NCBI GenBank assembly: GCA_943788755.1
Contig: CALSRM010000002.1
Coordinates: 91,505 to 155,504, forward strand
Source of the DNA: an uncultured Flavobacteriales bacterium
Lineage (GTDB): Bacteria; Bacteroidota; Bacteroidia; Flavobacteriales_D; Parvicellaceae
DNA: 64,000 bases
Direction: 5' to 3'
Made by a program: the position numbers and the translations under genes. Positions 11,027 to 20,870 of the stretch are shown here, piece by piece. The first letter of the stretch is position 1. Each line of letters opens with the position of its first letter. The notes beneath the pieces are model-generated. The model saw only the letters and a list, made by a program, of their open reading frames with translations, was not told where the DNA came from and did not search any database.

Positions 11027-12238
11027 ATGACGTATGATATAGCCATTATTGGTGGGGGGATTATTGGATCTGCAACTTTTTATAAAATTCAAAAAGCTTT
11101 CCCTGATTTAAAGATTCTTTTAATCGAAAAGGAAAAAGGGTTAGCGGACCATCAAACTGGAAATAATTCTGGTGTGATTCATTCAGGATTATATTACAAA
11201 CCTGGTTCTTCCAAAGCAAAATACTGTGTTGAAGGGCGTCATGAGTTGGTAGCGTTTGCAAAAGAGTATGGAGTGGATCATGATGTTTGTGGGAAAGTTG
11301 TTGTTGCTACAAGTGAAAAGGATTTGCCATTTATGGATCAAATTTTTGAAAATGGAATAGCGAATAACACGGAAGGGTTAAAAAAAATTACTGCAGAAGA
11401 AATAAAAGACTACGAACCCGATGTTGTAGGAATTGCGGGAATTTGGGTTCCTTGTACAGGGATTATAGATTATCGACAAGCTACAGAGAAAATGGTTGAG
11501 GTTTCAGTAAAGCTACAGCCAAAAAGTAAAATGCTTTTAGGTACCGAAGCAAAAGTGTTTCACCATGAAGTGGGACAAACTTTAATAGAAACTACGAAAG
11601 GGACTTTTGCTGCGAAAAATCTTGTTTTTTGTGGTGGATTACAAGCAGATAGATTGGCTAAAAAGGATGGAGTGAAAATCAAAGAAAAAGTAGTCGGATT
11701 TAGAGGTGATTATTATGAATTAACCGAGCAAGCTAAACACAAAGTAAAGAACCTAATTTATCCAGTTCCTAATCCAGAATTTCCATTTTTAGGAGTTCAT
11801 TTTACACGTATGACAAATGGTGAAATAGAATGTGGTCCAAATGCTGTTTTTACATTTAAGCGAGAAGGGTATGGTAAAACAGATTTTAGTTTTCGCGATA
11901 CTGTAAGCGCTCTTTCATATGGAGGAACATGGAAATTATTTCTGAAGAATATCAGTTTTGGTATAAATGAATATAGAAGAGCATTTTCAAAAAAGTTGTT
12001 TCTTAAAACTTTACAAGGGTTAATACCTTCATTGACAATGGAAGATATAAAACCAGGTCGAGCTGGAGTAAGAGCCTTGTTATTAGGAACCGATGGTGAC
12101 ACAAGGGATGATTTTAGAATAGAATACGGGGTAAATAGCATTCATGTGTTAAATGCTCCATCTCCTGCGGCAACAGCTTCTTTGGCTATTGGCAATGAAA
12201 TCAAAGAAATGGCTGTAAAACATTTTGAATTAAAATAG
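11027..12238 (+). CDS. lhgO: L-2-hydroxyglutarate oxidase (FAD-dependent)
   Basis: YDIAIIGGGIIGSAT, HQTGNNSGVIHSGLYYKPGS, PFLGVHFTRM and NAPSPAATAS align closely with my memory of E. coli LhgO/YgaF. Confidence 0.85.
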   Translation: MTYDIAIIGGGIIGSATFYKIQKAFPDLKILLIEKEKGLADHQTGNNSGVIHSGLYYKPGSSKAKYCVEGRHELVAFAKEYGVDHDVCGKVVVATSEKDLPFMDQIFENGIANNTEGLKKITAEEIKDYEPDVVGIAGIWVPCTGIIDYRQATEKMVEVSVKLQPKSKMLLGTEAKVFHHEVGQTLIETTKGTFAAKNLVFCGGLQADRLAKKDGVKIKEKVVGFRGDYYELTEQAKHKVKNLIYPVPNPEFPFLGVHFTRMTNGEIECGPNAVFTFKREGYGKTDFSFRDTVSALSYGGTWKLFLKNISFGINEYRRAFSKKLFLKTLQGLIPSLTMEDIKPGRAGVRALLLGTDGDTRDDFRIEYGVNSIHVLNAPSPAATASLAIGNEIKEMAVKHFELK

Positions 12239-12288
12239 GTGTATCAAGTGTTTTGAATAGCCTATGAATTGAAAAATGTTTAGACGCT

Positions 12289-12843
12289 TTAAGCTTCTGA
12301 AAGATTGAATTTGTATTTGTCAAAAAACATATCCCAGTCCCACAGGAAATTTTCCATAACATTGTCCATTCGTTTTAAAAGAATAGGGCTTGGAGCATTA
12401 AGCTGAGAAAAATAGGCGTCTTGATATTGACCTAGCTTGTATTTAAAGAAAACAGCTTTACTCATTCCGTACAATGTGTTTTTGGATGGATGATTTACTC
12501 TGTGAATGAAGGAGCTGTATTCGTCAACTATCGCTTTCATGTCTATGTAAGACAGGCCATATACAATCCCAAATTTTTCAGTAATCTTCCCTTTTAAAAC
12601 GATTTCTTCGGCCGCAGATAGGTGTCTAGAAAGAAATTTTAAATTTCCCGCTAATACAATCATTAAAAACTTGTCGCTATCTGTGGTTGAGATTGATGGA
12701 GTTTTTATGAACTCACCATCAGACTTGATGTTATCCACTATGTCAGGAAAGCTGCTTTCAACAACTTGAATTAAGCTGTTCACGAAGATATTCGCCGCTT
12801 TATCTTCTGTAAGTTTCTTTTTTCCAAATAATGTAGCTAACAT
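12289..12843 (-). CDS. hypothetical protein
   Basis: Clean 184-aa ORF with no recognisable motif. Confidence 0.45.
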   Translation of the reverse strand: MLATLFGKKKLTEDKAANIFVNSLIQVVESSFPDIVDNIKSDGEFIKTPSISTTDSDKFLMIVLAGNLKFLSRHLSAAEEIVLKGKITEKFGIVYGLSYIDMKAIVDEYSSFIHRVNHPSKNTLYGMSKAVFFKYKLGQYQDAYFSQLNAPSPILLKRMDNVMENFLWDWDMFFDKYKFNLSEA

Positions 12844-13060
12844 AATATTGTTCCTTATGTGATTGCATACAAAGCTAACAGTTGATGTTTGTGGTTTACA
12901 TAAGTCATGAAGTATGTTCTTAACAAAGTTTTCAACGTACTGTTAAATAATAACACTTTAGATAAAATATTTAGTTGCTTTATTCGTCATAAAAAAAACA
13001 GGAATAACCGTGTGTTAATAGAATAATGAATAACTTTGCCGACTAAATTTTTCGATAGAA

Positions 13061-14995
13061 ATGGATAAGAATACAATTATTGGATTACTGCTCATAGCAG
13101 GGATACTTTTTACTTTTACCCTGGTTACAGAGCCTGAGCCACAAGAACAAGTTTCTAAAACAGAACAAGTAATAAAGGATGGTTTGGATAATAATGTGGA
13201 GGCAGTTGATTCTGCGGATGAATTGGCCAATGATGTTGCTACAGTAATTAATTTAGACTCTGTTCCTGAGACTATTAAGCAGGATCCTGCAATGCTCAAG
13301 GAATATATGGATTCTCTTGAAATGGTTGAGAAAATAAAAATAGAATTAAGTCAATTTGCTGCCCAACAAGAGAATTTTGGAATTTTCACACCCGGAGTTA
13401 TTGGAGAAAATCAGTATTTTACATTAGAAAATGACAAAATAATTGTTCGTTTTTCAAATAAGGGAGGTAGAATTGTTGATGTTAAATTGAAAGAGTATCA
13501 ATCTTGGAAAGATTATAATGCTGAAGGAACTGATGTTGTCCCTATGCAGTTGTTCGAAGAAGAAACTTCAACGCAGTCGTTAAGGTTAGTTCATAATAAT
13601 GCTGCGGTAGAAACAGATGATTTGTATTTCGAAAAACAAAATAGCAGTAGGAATGAGTTAGTGTTTAGAACGAAAACAAGTGATCCAAGTAAGTACGTTG
13701 AGTATACATATACAATATCCGACAATAAGTACGATGTTGGCTATTCAGTTGCTTTTGTCGGTCTAGATGCAGATATAGCTATGGGAGATGTTAGTCTTAC
13801 TTGGCAAATGAATGGTTTCTGTACGGAGAAATTAGCAAGTGATGAGAGAATGATAACAACTGTAATGTATCGTCGTTTTAATGAAGGAAGAGATTACCTT
13901 TCTGAAAGTGGGGATGATGAGTTATTGGCGGAAGATTGGGAAGGTAGTATGAATTGGGTAGCCTTTAAGCATAAGTTTTTCTCTTCAATATTGATGAGTG
14001 ATGATGGTTTTAAATCTGGGTATTTAGTCAAAAAGCAACTAGAGGGAGAGAAATACACTGATGATTATTATGCTAATCTAACTCTTCCAGCCCAATCAGT
14101 ATCGAATTATACTTTTTACTTTGGTCCAAACGAAGACGATGTGCTAGCCTCTTATGGTAATGAAATGGAAGGCATAATAAACCTTGGATGGGGAATATTT
14201 CGTTGGGTGAATAAAATAATGATTCAGCCTATGTTTGATATGTTAAGAGGCACAGGTTTGGGAATGGGATTAATAATTTTATTGGTTACTTTATTTGTTA
14301 AAATAATTATAACTCCTCTTACTTATAAGAATTATAAGTCATCTGCAAAGATGCGTGTGTTAAAGCCTGAGATTGACAAAATCAATGAGAAGTACGTGGA
14401 TAAAAAAGATCCAATGAAAAAGCAAAAGGAAACCATGGCGCTCTATAAAGCTACTGGAGTAAACCCTATGGCAGGTTGTTTACCAATGCTTATTCAAATG
14501 CCAATTTTACTGGCAGTTTTTCGCTTTTTCCCGTCTAGTATTTATTTGCGACATGAGTCGTTTTTATGGGCAGATGATTTGTCTTCATTTGATTCCGTAT
14601 GGGATTTCGGGTTTAACATCCCTATGTACGGCGATCATATGAGTTTGTTTGCAATTTTAATGGCTATATCTACATTGTTTTACACATTGATGAACAGCAG
14701 TCAAATGAATACTAGCCAACCAGGAATGCCAAACATGAAAATTATCATGTACTTTTTTCCGATAATGATGTTGTTCTTCTTCAATAGTTATTCTGCAGGC
14801 TTGAGTTACTATTATTTATGCGGTAACTTAATGAACATGGGAATAATGTGGGCAATAAAGAAATATATGATTGATGAAGATAAAATACTATTGCAATTGG
14901 CAGAGAATAAAAAGAAGCCAAAGAAACAATCCGCTTTTCAGAAGCGATTAGAGGATATGTCTAAAAAGCAACAACAAGGTAAAAGGAAAAAATAA
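13061..14995 (+). CDS. yidC: membrane protein insertase YidC
   Basis: Long periplasmic N-domain followed by the conserved TM core (GLIILLVTLFVKIIITPLTYKNYKSSAKMRVLKPE..., GCLPMLIQMPIL) and a basic tail. Confidence 0.92.
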   Translation: MDKNTIIGLLLIAGILFTFTLVTEPEPQEQVSKTEQVIKDGLDNNVEAVDSADELANDVATVINLDSVPETIKQDPAMLKEYMDSLEMVEKIKIELSQFAAQQENFGIFTPGVIGENQYFTLENDKIIVRFSNKGGRIVDVKLKEYQSWKDYNAEGTDVVPMQLFEEETSTQSLRLVHNNAAVETDDLYFEKQNSSRNELVFRTKTSDPSKYVEYTYTISDNKYDVGYSVAFVGLDADIAMGDVSLTWQMNGFCTEKLASDERMITTVMYRRFNEGRDYLSESGDDELLAEDWEGSMNWVAFKHKFFSSILMSDDGFKSGYLVKKQLEGEKYTDDYYANLTLPAQSVSNYTFYFGPNEDDVLASYGNEMEGIINLGWGIFRWVNKIMIQPMFDMLRGTGLGMGLIILLVTLFVKIIITPLTYKNYKSSAKMRVLKPEIDKINEKYVDKKDPMKKQKETMALYKATGVNPMAGCLPMLIQMPILLAVFRFFPSSIYLRHESFLWADDLSSFDSVWDFGFNIPMYGDHMSLFAILMAISTLFYTLMNSSQMNTSQPGMPNMKIIMYFFPIMMLFFFNSYSAGLSYYYLCGNLMNMGIMWAIKKYMIDEDKILLQLAENKKKPKKQSAFQKRLEDMSKKQQQGKRKK

Positions 14996-15081
14996 AAACA
15001 GGCTCGCTAAAAGATATATCAATTGAAAACGGATAGCTTTTTATCGGAATTTGGGAGTTCAAAATAATCATTAGCTATAGG

Positions 15082-15136
15082 GAAATAATCCTTCCGCTGG
15101 CATAAAAAAAGCTTCTCGTTTGAGAAGCTTTTTTTA
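15082..15136. repeat. repeat unit 1: box GAAATAATCCTTCCG followed by a terminator-like hairpin
   Basis: The 15-nt box at 15082-15096 recurs exactly at 15244-15258. It is followed by the hairpin aagcttctc-gttt-gagaagctt (15109-15130), with an A-run before and a T-run after. Confidence 0.6.
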
Positions 15137-15238
15137 CATGTAATATCCCGTCCTGGAATAAGTTGACAACAAATCGACTTATTATGAAGAAAGATGAACT
15201 GGCGAGAGAATGATTAGTTAATTCATGCATGTCCTTCT

Positions 15239-15300
15239 CCAGTGAAATAATCCTTCCGAGGTCACAAAGCTCTATTTCTTATGGGTTTGGAGCTTTTTTT
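15239..15300. repeat. repeat unit 2: CCAGTG..ATCCTTCCGAG..TCACAAAG..GGTTTGGAGCTTT
   Basis: Contains the second copy of the 15-nt box. It shares CCAGTG, TCACAAAG, ATCC(T/A)TTCCGAG and GGTTTGGAGCTTT blocks, in a different order, with 19541-19594 on the other side of the frameshifted adhesin gene. Confidence 0.4.
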
Positions 15301-15437
15301 AAAAGGTTCATCGAGCTTAACAGGATAGAGAATAAGAAGGGAAAGCTACGTTGAAACGCGACGATTTTTGTGAAATTTCTCTAAATATTCACTGAGCGTA
15401 GCGAAGTAAATCTCATAATAGAAATGCATGAATATTT

Positions 15438-15477
15438 TCTTGCGCTAGGAATTGCGGTAGGTCTTGCGCTAGGAATT
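15438..15477. repeat. 16-bp exact direct repeat (TCTTGCGCTAGGAATT) with 24-bp period
   Basis: Copies at 15438-15453 and 15462-15477, about 150 bp upstream of the adhesin gene start. Confidence 0.85.
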
Positions 15478-15627
15478 TTTACTATTCCATAAAATGAATG
15501 TGTATTTATGTCCTTATTATTATCTATTGTATAAAAGATTGTAAGTTGTATATTTACAGACTATTATAAAGTATTAATGGACGTTTAAAAAGAAGTGTAT
15601 ATTTTTCATCTAAAAAAGATTTAACTC

Positions 15628-18600
15628 ATGAAACAACTACTACTAAGTTTTTTATTTCTCCTATTTTTTGTCTCAATTAAGTCTCAGAATACTCTGCTGT
15701 GGTCTAACGACATGAGTACTGCAGGTGATTGGACTATTACCAATACAAGTGTTCCTTCAACTTACGAATGGTACCACCAAGACGGGTCAAATTTATCTAC
15801 TCCTGCTGCTTCCGGTGATTTTGCTTCTACAACGGCTTCTAATGGGTTCTTTATGGTAAACTCTGCTGCTGCTGCAGGTAATGCGGATGGTAATGGAACT
15901 CCAATTGTAACGGATGTTACGATTACAGCACCTATTGATTTGTCAGCTACAAACACTGTAACTAGTCAAGCTGAAATGTTTGTAACGTTAACTTTTGAGC
16001 ATAACTTCAGTTATTGGTATGATATTAGAGAAGTTCATGTTTCTGGAGATGGCGGCGCCAACTGGACTGTTTTCCCAATTTCTAATGCAAGTGGAAACTT
16101 AACAGGTGCGATGCAATCAAATTCAGGTAACCCTGAAGTAACAACAGTAAATATATCTTCTGTTGCAGGTGGTTCGAACAATGTGTTGGTACGTTTTCAC
16201 TATGATGACCAAGATTTATGGACATGGTACTGGGTAGTTGATGATATCAAAATAAATGTACAAGATGCTAACGATTTAGCTGAGGTAACTTCTTATTTTG
16301 GATCAAACGGATTACCATACTATTCTATTCCTACTTCTCAAATAGCTCCTATTGATTTTTACTCTGTTGTTTCTAATGCTGGAGCTGCAGATCAAACAAA
16401 TTCTATTGTAACTGTTGATGTTAATGCAGGAACTTTTACCGGTACATCTGCAGGAATGACTCTTGCTCAAGGTGCAACAGATACATTAAACGTAACTGCT
16501 CAATATACACCTGCAGCTGCAGTTGGTAGTCATGCAATTACTTATTCTATTTCTGCTGCTTTATCTGACGATAACCCTGCAGACAATGTTGCGATCGACT
16601 CATTTGCCGTTACTAATTACATTTACGCACGTGACAGAGGTGTATATGAAGGACAAGGTGGTGGAGAAGATGTAGCTACTACTGGAGATTTTGCTTTCGA
16701 GGCTGGAAACGATTTTCAAATTTTTGCCGACCAACAGGCTTTTGGTATTGATGTTGTAATTGGGACAGGTACCCCGAGTGGAACAATTATTTATGGTAAA
16801 ATTTATGAATGGGTTGGGAGTCTATTATAATTATTTAGATGAAACTTTTGAATACATTGTAACTTCTAACGACGTTTTAAATAATGCAAACATTACTTTA
16901 CCTTTGTTTACAGCCCCTACTTTAAATGCAGGCAGTAAGTACCTGGTGGTGGTTGGATGCTATTCTGAATTTTATTTTGGTGAGAGTGGATATTCTCCGA
17001 ACCTCAAACATCTTTCCTCTTGTATGGTGGGGTTGGACGGTCCTGGCGGCCAATATTACACAAATAATACTCCTATGGTAAGACTTAATTTTGAACCGTG
17101 TTCAAGTTCTAGCTCTATTGCTGAAACAGTTTGTGATACATATACTGCGCCTTCCGGCGCTGTATATTCGTCTACTGGAATTTATACGGACACCATTCTA
17201 AATGCAGTTTTCTGTGACAGCGTTATAACTATTGACCTAACAGTAAACTATTCTTCCTCATTAACTCTTAATGAAACAGCATGTGGAAGTTATACGCTAA
17301 ATAATCAAACCTACACCTCCAGTGGAACCTTTCACACAAACATTAACAAATGCAGTTGGATGCGATAGCACCATAAATTTGGTTTTAACCTATTTTGTCA
17401 CCCTACCCCTTAGCTTTTCAAGCTAACCCTACGGCAGGAACAACCCCTTTAAATGTTATTTTCGATAATCAAACTCCTAATTTAAGCAACTATAATTTCA
17501 CATGGAGCTTTGGAGATGGAACCGTTATGCAAGATAATGGGAGTTTTGTTTCTCATACCTATCAGTCTGATGGAACTTGGGATGTAATGCTGATAGCTGA
17601 AGATATTACTACAGGTTGTACAGATACACTTTTTAATAATGGATATATTTTTAGTACTGGAGGAACCCCTTGTGGACACGCAGCAACGATTACTCAGTCA
17701 GGCCCAATAACAGCTTGCTTGAGCGATTCTATTTTCTTGAGCTGTAACACCGATCCTAATTTTACTTATCAATGGCAATTGAACGGTTTTCCAATTGGTG
17801 GAGCTACAGCCTCCACTTATTATCCCTCACAGGCAGGTAGCTATATGGTTGTAATAACCGATAACAATTGCCCTGTATTTTCAAGTACTATACAAGTAAC
17901 CATCAATACGTTTAATGCTCCAACTATTTCAGGTACTGGGTCAATAAGTTCATGTACTGGTGGAAGTATTACCTTGAGTGTTCCAGATGATTATATAAGT
18001 TATTTGTGGTCTTCCGGAGGTACGGATACATCAGAAGTGGTAACAAGTTCTGGAGATTATACTGTTACAGTAACCAACGTTGTCAGGATGTCAAGCTACT
18101 TCATCTATCTACTCCATAAACGCCTCATTGATTCCTACACAAGAGATTTGTATTGTTACAGTAGATAGTGCGTCTGCCCATAACTTGGTAGTTTGGGAAA
18201 AACCCATAGTTGCCGGTATTGACAGTTTTATCGTTTACAGAGAAATGGGTACAAACAATTATATGCCAATAGGTTCTGTTGCTTATGATTCATTGAGCCA
18301 GTTTGTTGATACAGCCAATGGAATTAACCCGAATGTAACTTCCTATAGGTATAAGGTTTCCATTTTAGACACATGCGGAACAGAGAGTAACTTAAGTTAT
18401 TATCATGAGACAATGCACTTATCTACAAATCAGGGTATAGGAGGAGAAGTTAATTTGATATGGGATGAATATGAAGGATTTCCAATAGTGTATTATTATA
18501 TACTTAGAGATTCAACATCCACTGGCAATTGGGAGGTGCTTGATTCAGTATCTAGTAATAACTTTATTTATACCGATTTGAATCCACCTGTTAGTGGAGT

Positions 18601-19477
18601 TAATTATGTAATAGAAGTGTTACCCCCAAATACTTGTACATCTACAAAAGCTCAAGACCATAATTCAACGCGATCGAATAGAGTTATAGTAAATGGTGGA
18701 GGAGCTGCTCCAGTAACGGATTTCATTTCTTCGGCAACGCAAATTGTATCAGGTTCAAGTATAGATTTTTCGGATGAATCTCTCAATGATCCAACAACAT
18801 GGAGTTGGAATTTTTATGGAGCCACTCCATCTGCATCAACAGCTCAAAATCCAACGAATATTATTTATAATAACGTCGGTTTATATGATGTTCGATTAAT
18901 AGTAGGTAATGCTAATGGTATAGATACTTTAATTAAGGCGAATTACATTGAGGTTAGCTCATCGGGAGGTGCAGCACCCACCTCAGGATTCGTAGCGAGT
19001 GCTACACAAATATCAGAGGGAAGCTCCATTAACTTTCTAGACCAGAGTCAAAATAATCCTACTTCGTGGACGTGGTTGTTTGATGGAGGAAACCCTGCTT
19101 TTTCTAACGATCAATTGCCCACAGGAATTGTTTACAATGCCGTAGGAATTTACGATGTAACACTTGTAACAAGTAACTCATCTGGAATAGATACTTTAAT
19201 TAAGGAAGCTTATATTAATGTAACAGCATCAACATTAATAACGGAAAATGGAGTAAGCAACTTATCAATTTACCCCAACCCAACATCCGACCAAATCACC
19301 ATCGATATAAAAGGATATTACGGCGATGTTAATGTTGAAGTATATGATCTACAAGGAAGGTTATTAGAAACCACTACAAATACCAAAGTATCTCTTAAAA
19401 AACACGCCAAGGGAATTTATGTTCTTAAAGTAAGTTATGGAGAGATAACTGAAGAGGTTAGGGTAGTGAGGGAGTAG
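15628..19477 (+). pseudogene. large T9SS-sorted adhesin-like gene (MAM/choice-of-anchor-like N-domain, PKD repeats) disrupted by at least 4 frameshifts
   Basis: Four consecutive same-strand ORFs (15628-16830, 16760-17368, 17395-18168, 18080-19477). The signal peptide occurs only in the first and the T9SS C-terminal domain (YPNPTSDQITIDI...GIYVLKV) only in the last. Protein sense continues across each junction. A short third-frame stretch (TQTLTNAVGCDSTINLVLT) bridges 17334-17395. Confidence 0.75.
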
Positions 19478-19540
19478 TTGTTTATTATGTGATAAAACAA
19501 ATTATCCTAACGCTTTCAAATCCGCTAAAAAGTTTAAACT

Positions 19541-19594
19541 CTTCCCAGTGGAGCTCACAAAGATCCATTCCGAGCAGGTTTGGAGCTTTATTTT
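19541..19594. repeat. repeat unit 3, related to 15239-15300
   Basis: ctcttCCCAGTGgagcTCACAAAGATCCATTCCGAGcaGGTTTGGAGCTTTatttt. See unit 2. Confidence 0.4.
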
Positions 19595-19630
19595 GGCAAA
19601 AACTTTGCAATACGCTTAATTAAAGTAGCT

Positions 19631-20191
19631 ATGAAAAATATAATCTTCTTTGTTGTGGTAATAATGTTGTTTGTTATTGGGTGTAAAACCAAATCGGATG
19701 TTACTACCACTGATCCAAAATCGTTAAGTAATTTGGATATTGACCAAAAAGATGTCAATAGTCCGTTTAGGGTGGATGATGGATTAGAATTAAATGATAC
19801 ATTGTTTGCTAGTATTGAGAAAGGTGTCTGTTTTGGTAATTGCTCGGCGTATAAAATGCATATTTACTCTGAGGGATTTGTTGCATTAACAGCGCTAAGA
19901 GGAAACAAGATGAATGGATCATTTAGGTCTCGTGTTACTCCTGAACAAATGAATTTACTATTAGCAAAAGCCAAAGAAATCAAATTTGAAGAAATGAAAT
20001 CGGTTTATGATAATAAGTCCGTTACAGATTTGCCAATGGTTAAAACGTCTATAGTACTAAATGGAAAACACAAAAAAGTTAAAAGAAGATATGAATATCC
20101 AAGGGCGATTTTGGAGCTTGAAAAAATGTTCGATAGCCTGTTGGATGGACTGGAATGGGAAAAAACAACAGGAGTGATGCTTAATTATTAG
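19631..20191 (+). CDS. hypothetical lipoprotein
   Basis: The ATG at 19631 gives MKNIIFFVVVIMLFVIGCKT (lipobox-like). The track start at 19580 is a TTG inside repeat unit 3 and is unlikely to be real. Confidence 0.6.
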   Translation: MKNIIFFVVVIMLFVIGCKTKSDVTTTDPKSLSNLDIDQKDVNSPFRVDDGLELNDTLFASIEKGVCFGNCSAYKMHIYSEGFVALTALRGNKMNGSFRSRVTPEQMNLLLAKAKEIKFEEMKSVYDNKSVTDLPMVKTSIVLNGKHKKVKRRYEYPRAILELEKMFDSLLDGLEWEKTTGVMLNY

Positions 20192-20395
20192 AAATAAACG
20201 TCTTCTATGCTTAGCTGTTTTTTTCCAACAGTTTACCGGTAGAAGAAGTAATGTAAGCGAATAAAAAATTAATCGTTATTTCATGTTTTAAATACAAAGC
20301 AAATATATTTAATAGGCAATGTTTGTATAATAGAAATATATTGCTGTTATTTGCGCTCCCAAAACAGACAATTAAAGAATAAAAAATATAGAATC

Positions 20396-20629
20396 ATGGC
20401 TAGAGCTTGTCAGATAACAGGAAAGAAGGTAATGTCAGGAAACAATGTTTCTCACTCATTAAGAAGAACTAAAAGAAAGTTTTATCCAAACCTTATTACG
20501 AAGAAATTTTTCATTCCAGAAGAGGATAAGTGGATTACATTAAAAATAGCTACTTCTACGTTAAGAACTATCAACAAAAAAGGTATTTCTGCTGTGCTTA
20601 AAGAAGCAAAGGCGAATGGAATGATGTAA
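20396..20629 (+). CDS. rpmB: 50S ribosomal protein L28
   Basis: MARACQITGKKVMSGNNVSHSLRRTKRKFYPNL matches the L28 N-terminal signature. The track start at 20351 is an upstream TTG. Confidence 0.93.
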   Translation: MARACQITGKKVMSGNNVSHSLRRTKRKFYPNLITKKFFIPEEDKWITLKIATSTLRTINKKGISAVLKEAKANGMM

Positions 20630-20648
20630 ATTTGTATTGTATTTGATA

Positions 20649-20686
20649 AAATACCTTGTTACTTTTGTGACAAGGTATTTTTGTTT
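20649..20686 (+). terminator. rho-independent terminator after rpmB
   Basis: 11-bp perfect stem (aaataccttgt / acaaggtattt), 10-nt loop, then a TTGTTT tail. Confidence 0.65.
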
Positions 20687-20840
20687 ATGGCTATGGGTAA
20701 AATAATTTTCACTTGTGTCTTGTCAGCATTTAGTTCGACGAGCAATATCCAGAATGAAATTCAATGTATTAAGAAAGTTAATTTGATAAATAGTTTTAAA
20801 GTACAGTCAACTTTTTTAGTACTATTATAGTCTTATCTTT

Positions 20841-20870
20841 ATAAAATTATAAAATTATAAAATTATAAAA
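20841..20870. repeat. tandem repeat (ATAAAATT) x 3.75 directly abutting the ATG at 20871
   Basis: Read directly: ataaaatt ataaaatt ataaaatt ataaaa ATG. Confidence 0.9.

Noticed and set aside
19580-19630. N-terminal extensions created by upstream TTG/GTG starts in the ORF track
   Set aside because: In each case (19580, 20351, 23144, 30480, 7224, 32578, 5404) a downstream ATG gives the family-typical N-terminus or signal peptide, and the extension has no homology-like sense. The shorter starts were used.
20687-20830. 47-codon ORF MAMGKIIFTCVLSAFSS... between the rpmB terminator and the T9SS gene
   Set aside because: It has a signal-like start but is short, begins inside the terminator tail and has no recognisable motif. 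It is mentioned in the insertion finding but not called as a gene.
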